Both the position numbers and the translations under genes were made by a program. From Lepidodermella squamata (lineage: Eukaryota > Animalia > Gastrotricha), in NCBI GenBank assembly GCA_047495785.1, contig JBLDXI010000011.1, positions 1,550,001 through 1,614,000 on the forward strand: a stretch of DNA of 64,000 nt. The letters are read 5' to 3'. Shown one piece after another: positions 61,268 through 64,000 of this stretch (its first letter is position 1; each line of letters opens with the position of its first letter). The notes beneath the pieces were generated by a model. The model did no database searches, was not told the origin of the DNA, and saw nothing but the letters and a program-made list of their open reading frames with translations.

Positions 61268-61980
61268 ATGGACGTCGATTTGCAGCCAACAAATAAGCTC
61301 GTAGGTGAGATGAAAGAAATGATGGAGAAGAAGTTGCTGATGGAATCGCAGATCAAGCAGCTCATTGGAGTACTCGAAAACGTTCGTTGTTAATGTCGCT
61401 TGCCTATCCATAAGCTCATGCTTTTTCTCATCAGGAGAAGGGCGTTGGTATGAACGAACCTCTGGTTGATTCAGAAGGCTACCCGAGAGCCGATGTTGAC
61501 GTCGTTGCCGTTCGCCATGCTCGCCACGATTTAATTTGTCTTCAGAACGACCACAAACATCTGATGCGTGAAATGGAGGACAAATTGTATGAAATCCACG
61601 AACGTGCTCGCCTCGAAGGTAAAGACGCCGTTGAGCAATTACTGCAAGCACCTCTCGCTCCAAGACGCCCTTTCATGAAAGTTCGTCGAGTTGAACCGGA
61701 ATCGCCTGCCCAGCGTGACGGAATCTTAGTCGATGACGTCCTCGTTCAGTTCGGCCGTGTTACTTGCGTCAACTACACCCAGGAGTTGCTCTCGTCTGTT
61801 GTAACGACAAATCTCAACGTAATTTCATAACTGAAATGTCCGCATCATTATCAGTGTTTGCTATTTCAGAAACCACTTACGGTGGTCGTTCTTCGTCATG
61901 GCGTCGAAGTTGCTCTCACCCTTACTCCTCGTGTATGGAATGGTCGCGGTTATTTGGGCTGCGAGCTAATTCCTTATTGA
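61268..61980 (+). CDS. PSMD9: 26S proteasome assembly chaperone PSMD9/p27/Nas2; exons 61268-61381, 61435-61818, 61870-61980
   Basis: GVGMNEPLVDSEGYPRADVD..VRHARH..ICLQNDHK, PDZ-like PF..V..V..ESPA..G+, and C-terminal LTPRVWNGRGYLGC. Confidence 0.93.
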
Positions 61981-62102
61981 TCCGGTCAACGAAAAACCCT
62001 TTCAGATGTCACTTTTGTGATCTTTGTAATAGATATAGGATGCATTCATATATTTATCCATGACAAATTATTCATTTTTTTCTTGCGTAGATTTATTAAA
62101 GA

Positions 62103-62806
62103 ATGTTGCCTAATCTACAACAAGCGCCAGCTGTTCCGTTGTACCGGAAAAGGCCGCATTGTTTACTCGGTCTTGGATTCAGTGCGGATGATGGCTTACT
62201 GCTCGAAGATGGCATTGAGCTTCAACCTGACCAGAAGCACCCTCGAGTCGAGATCAGCGATTCGTTGCAGAAAATGACAATCGGAGCGCAAGAATTCGCT
62301 GCAAATCCGGCAGATCATTTCAAAAATCCAGAAGCGACTGCGACGCCATCAAACTCGCCGGAAGATGTCGAAATGCTGCCAATATCCGATGAAGATACGA
62401 AGACCGCTCAAAATACTATTGCTACTGCTATTGATGATGACGATTTGGAAGATCTGCCTTCAACTAGCTCAGAGCCGGGTGGAATTATTTTCAAAGTACC
62501 TCTTTACCAACTCATCTCCTCGCCTCCTCAAGACAAATTTTTGAAAGAAAATCCGTAAGTACTAGCTAATATTGTTGGATTTTTTTTAGCTTCGTTGTTT
62601 AAAGGTGGATTCAGGCTAATGCTGGTGATAAGGCACTTGTGGTGTGGCAGCCATCTCCTTTCAGGGCAGCAGAGTCAAATCGAGTGCCATCAAATTGCAG
62701 TACGACATCATCTTCGAGCGCCTCAGATGCAATGCCAACTGATAGCGATGACGATCGCGATTCAGGTCATATCGATGAAGAGCCACTCGACCCTGATTAT
62801 GACTAG
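62103..62806 (+). CDS. Disordered acidic protein, CCDC117-like; exons 62103-62554, 62605-62806
   Basis: A 50-bp intron to the AAAG at 62604 gives an open frame with KALVVWQP, recalled as similar to the CCDC117 ELVLWKP motif. AATAAA at ~62880. The nearer AG (62589) would instead stop after three codons. Confidence 0.55.
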
Positions 62807-63342
62807 TAGGCGTTGTCTTGACTCGATAATTTCATATTCATGTCTTTCATCTGCGTGTGTAAATAATACTTATTGTTATAATAAATAAGTAGTAAATCGG
62901 TGGTTCAATAATTCGCTGCTGATCTATGATCTCTCTCGCGTATGTATCAGGTTCATTTGATTCGACGCGTTGTTTTGTTGATGATTATAACAAACCTGTC
63001 GCCTCCCGCCCGCCGCGAAAGCCGAAGCGTGTGGACGCATCTCACGACGAAAGGGCGCGCCTTATTTACGACATCTATTGTTGTGTTATTAATGCGCGCG
63101 CGCACCGTGCCGTTTTATTAAGTAGACATCGTACACACCTAGTCGTTTGTTTGCGATACTACGCCACACGCAACTGCCAAAGACCTGTAAATTATACTGT
63201 CAATTCGGTGCGAAATGTGACCGCCAAAAACACGCGTCCATTTTATTATTATACAATTAATTTTCATGACATATCACCCTTCTGCCTTAATTTTTTTAGA
63301 TTTTTTCTGAACAAAATTATTCGAAAAAATGACGTGACTATA

Positions 63343-63744
63343 ATGATTTTATACTTGCTGCTCATCGCATTTTCGACTTGCGAAGCATTCGAACGGCCGG
63401 TTTCTGTAATTTTCGATGGATCCAGCCCGTCGGCAGTTTGCGGCGCCTCGTATACCGGCTATTCGTTTCAAATGTCAATGTCGTGTCTACGACCGGCGGC
63501 AAATGCTGTGATTTTGGCGTCTTCAAACTTCAGCAATTCCATCCCTCGTTCGTCATGCTCGGCTAATTTTGTGACGCCCTGGACGCCTGCGTTGCCGAGA
63601 ATGTTTTTCATTGTGAAAATCACGCGTTTGCGGGTTCCGGCCGGTTCGAGGCTGCGAATCATTTCAGTCAATTCGAACGGTTCGCCGGTCGGAAATGCTG
63701 ATGTCGATGTTCGAAGTGGAAATCTCGATAATTTCAGAGAACAG
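63343..63744 (+). CDS. First coding exon of a secreted or surface protein (possibly CUB-like); the gene continues beyond the window
   Basis: Signal peptide MILYLLLIAFSTCEA, beta-rich Cys-containing sequence, donor CAG|GTACGC at 63745. Confidence 0.6.
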
Positions 63745-64000
63745 GTACGCTTTAAATCTCAAGAAATTAGCTGAGCACTTAATTTTTCGGAATCATGTTG
63801 TATTATTTTGCGAATTTTCCCTCATCTCAAATTAAATTGAAAAAATAATTGAAATTTAATTTAATTTCAAATATTAAAAAATTAATTTTAAGCGCACTTG
63901 ATCGTAAGAATTCCTGAAATTGAAGAAGCGGGACGCGCAAATTGAAAGCTTTCAGCGTTAATTAACGATGATGTTAGCACTTGAGTTCGCTTCCCTCGGC

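Noticed and set aside
61960-62063. Extra PSMD9 exon (CHFCDL..) after the acceptor at ~62005
   Set aside because: There is no GT donor in the right phase, and the unspliced end GYLGCELIPY* already matches the family C-terminus.
62926-63342. N-terminal 139 aa of the 282-aa ORF
   Set aside because: It looks like promoter, UTR or intron sequence; a clear signal peptide starts at 63343.

Overview
Compact animal (invertebrate) genomic DNA with GT-AG introns mostly 50-60 bp long, so the ORF track mainly shows exon fragments. The left ~39 kb is rich in duplications. It holds ten members of an unrecognised secreted Cys/Thr/Ser-rich protein family (8 apparently intact, 2 pseudogenes) that share phase-0 introns, the motifs ACP..FxxFxxCC..CxRFP..SFxxCC..YGLx(I/V)xxC, and, in seven copies, a conserved promoter element. 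Interleaved with them are three F-box paralogues with a shared unknown C-terminal domain, an 8-TM protein built from two 4-TM halves, two predicted GPI-anchored multi-LamG/ConA-like proteins, and transposon debris. The right ~25 kb has mostly single-copy genes: a small type I membrane protein, an RDL-type GABA-gated chloride channel, an ankyrin-repeat protein with a possible signal peptide, a transmembrane collagen-EGF protein, a secreted two-domain 'FQ(I/V)WR' protein, JADE/rhinoceros, PSMD9, a CCDC117-like gene, and the start of a secreted gene that runs off the window. All gene models were spliced by eye; no database searches were run and the species is not identified.
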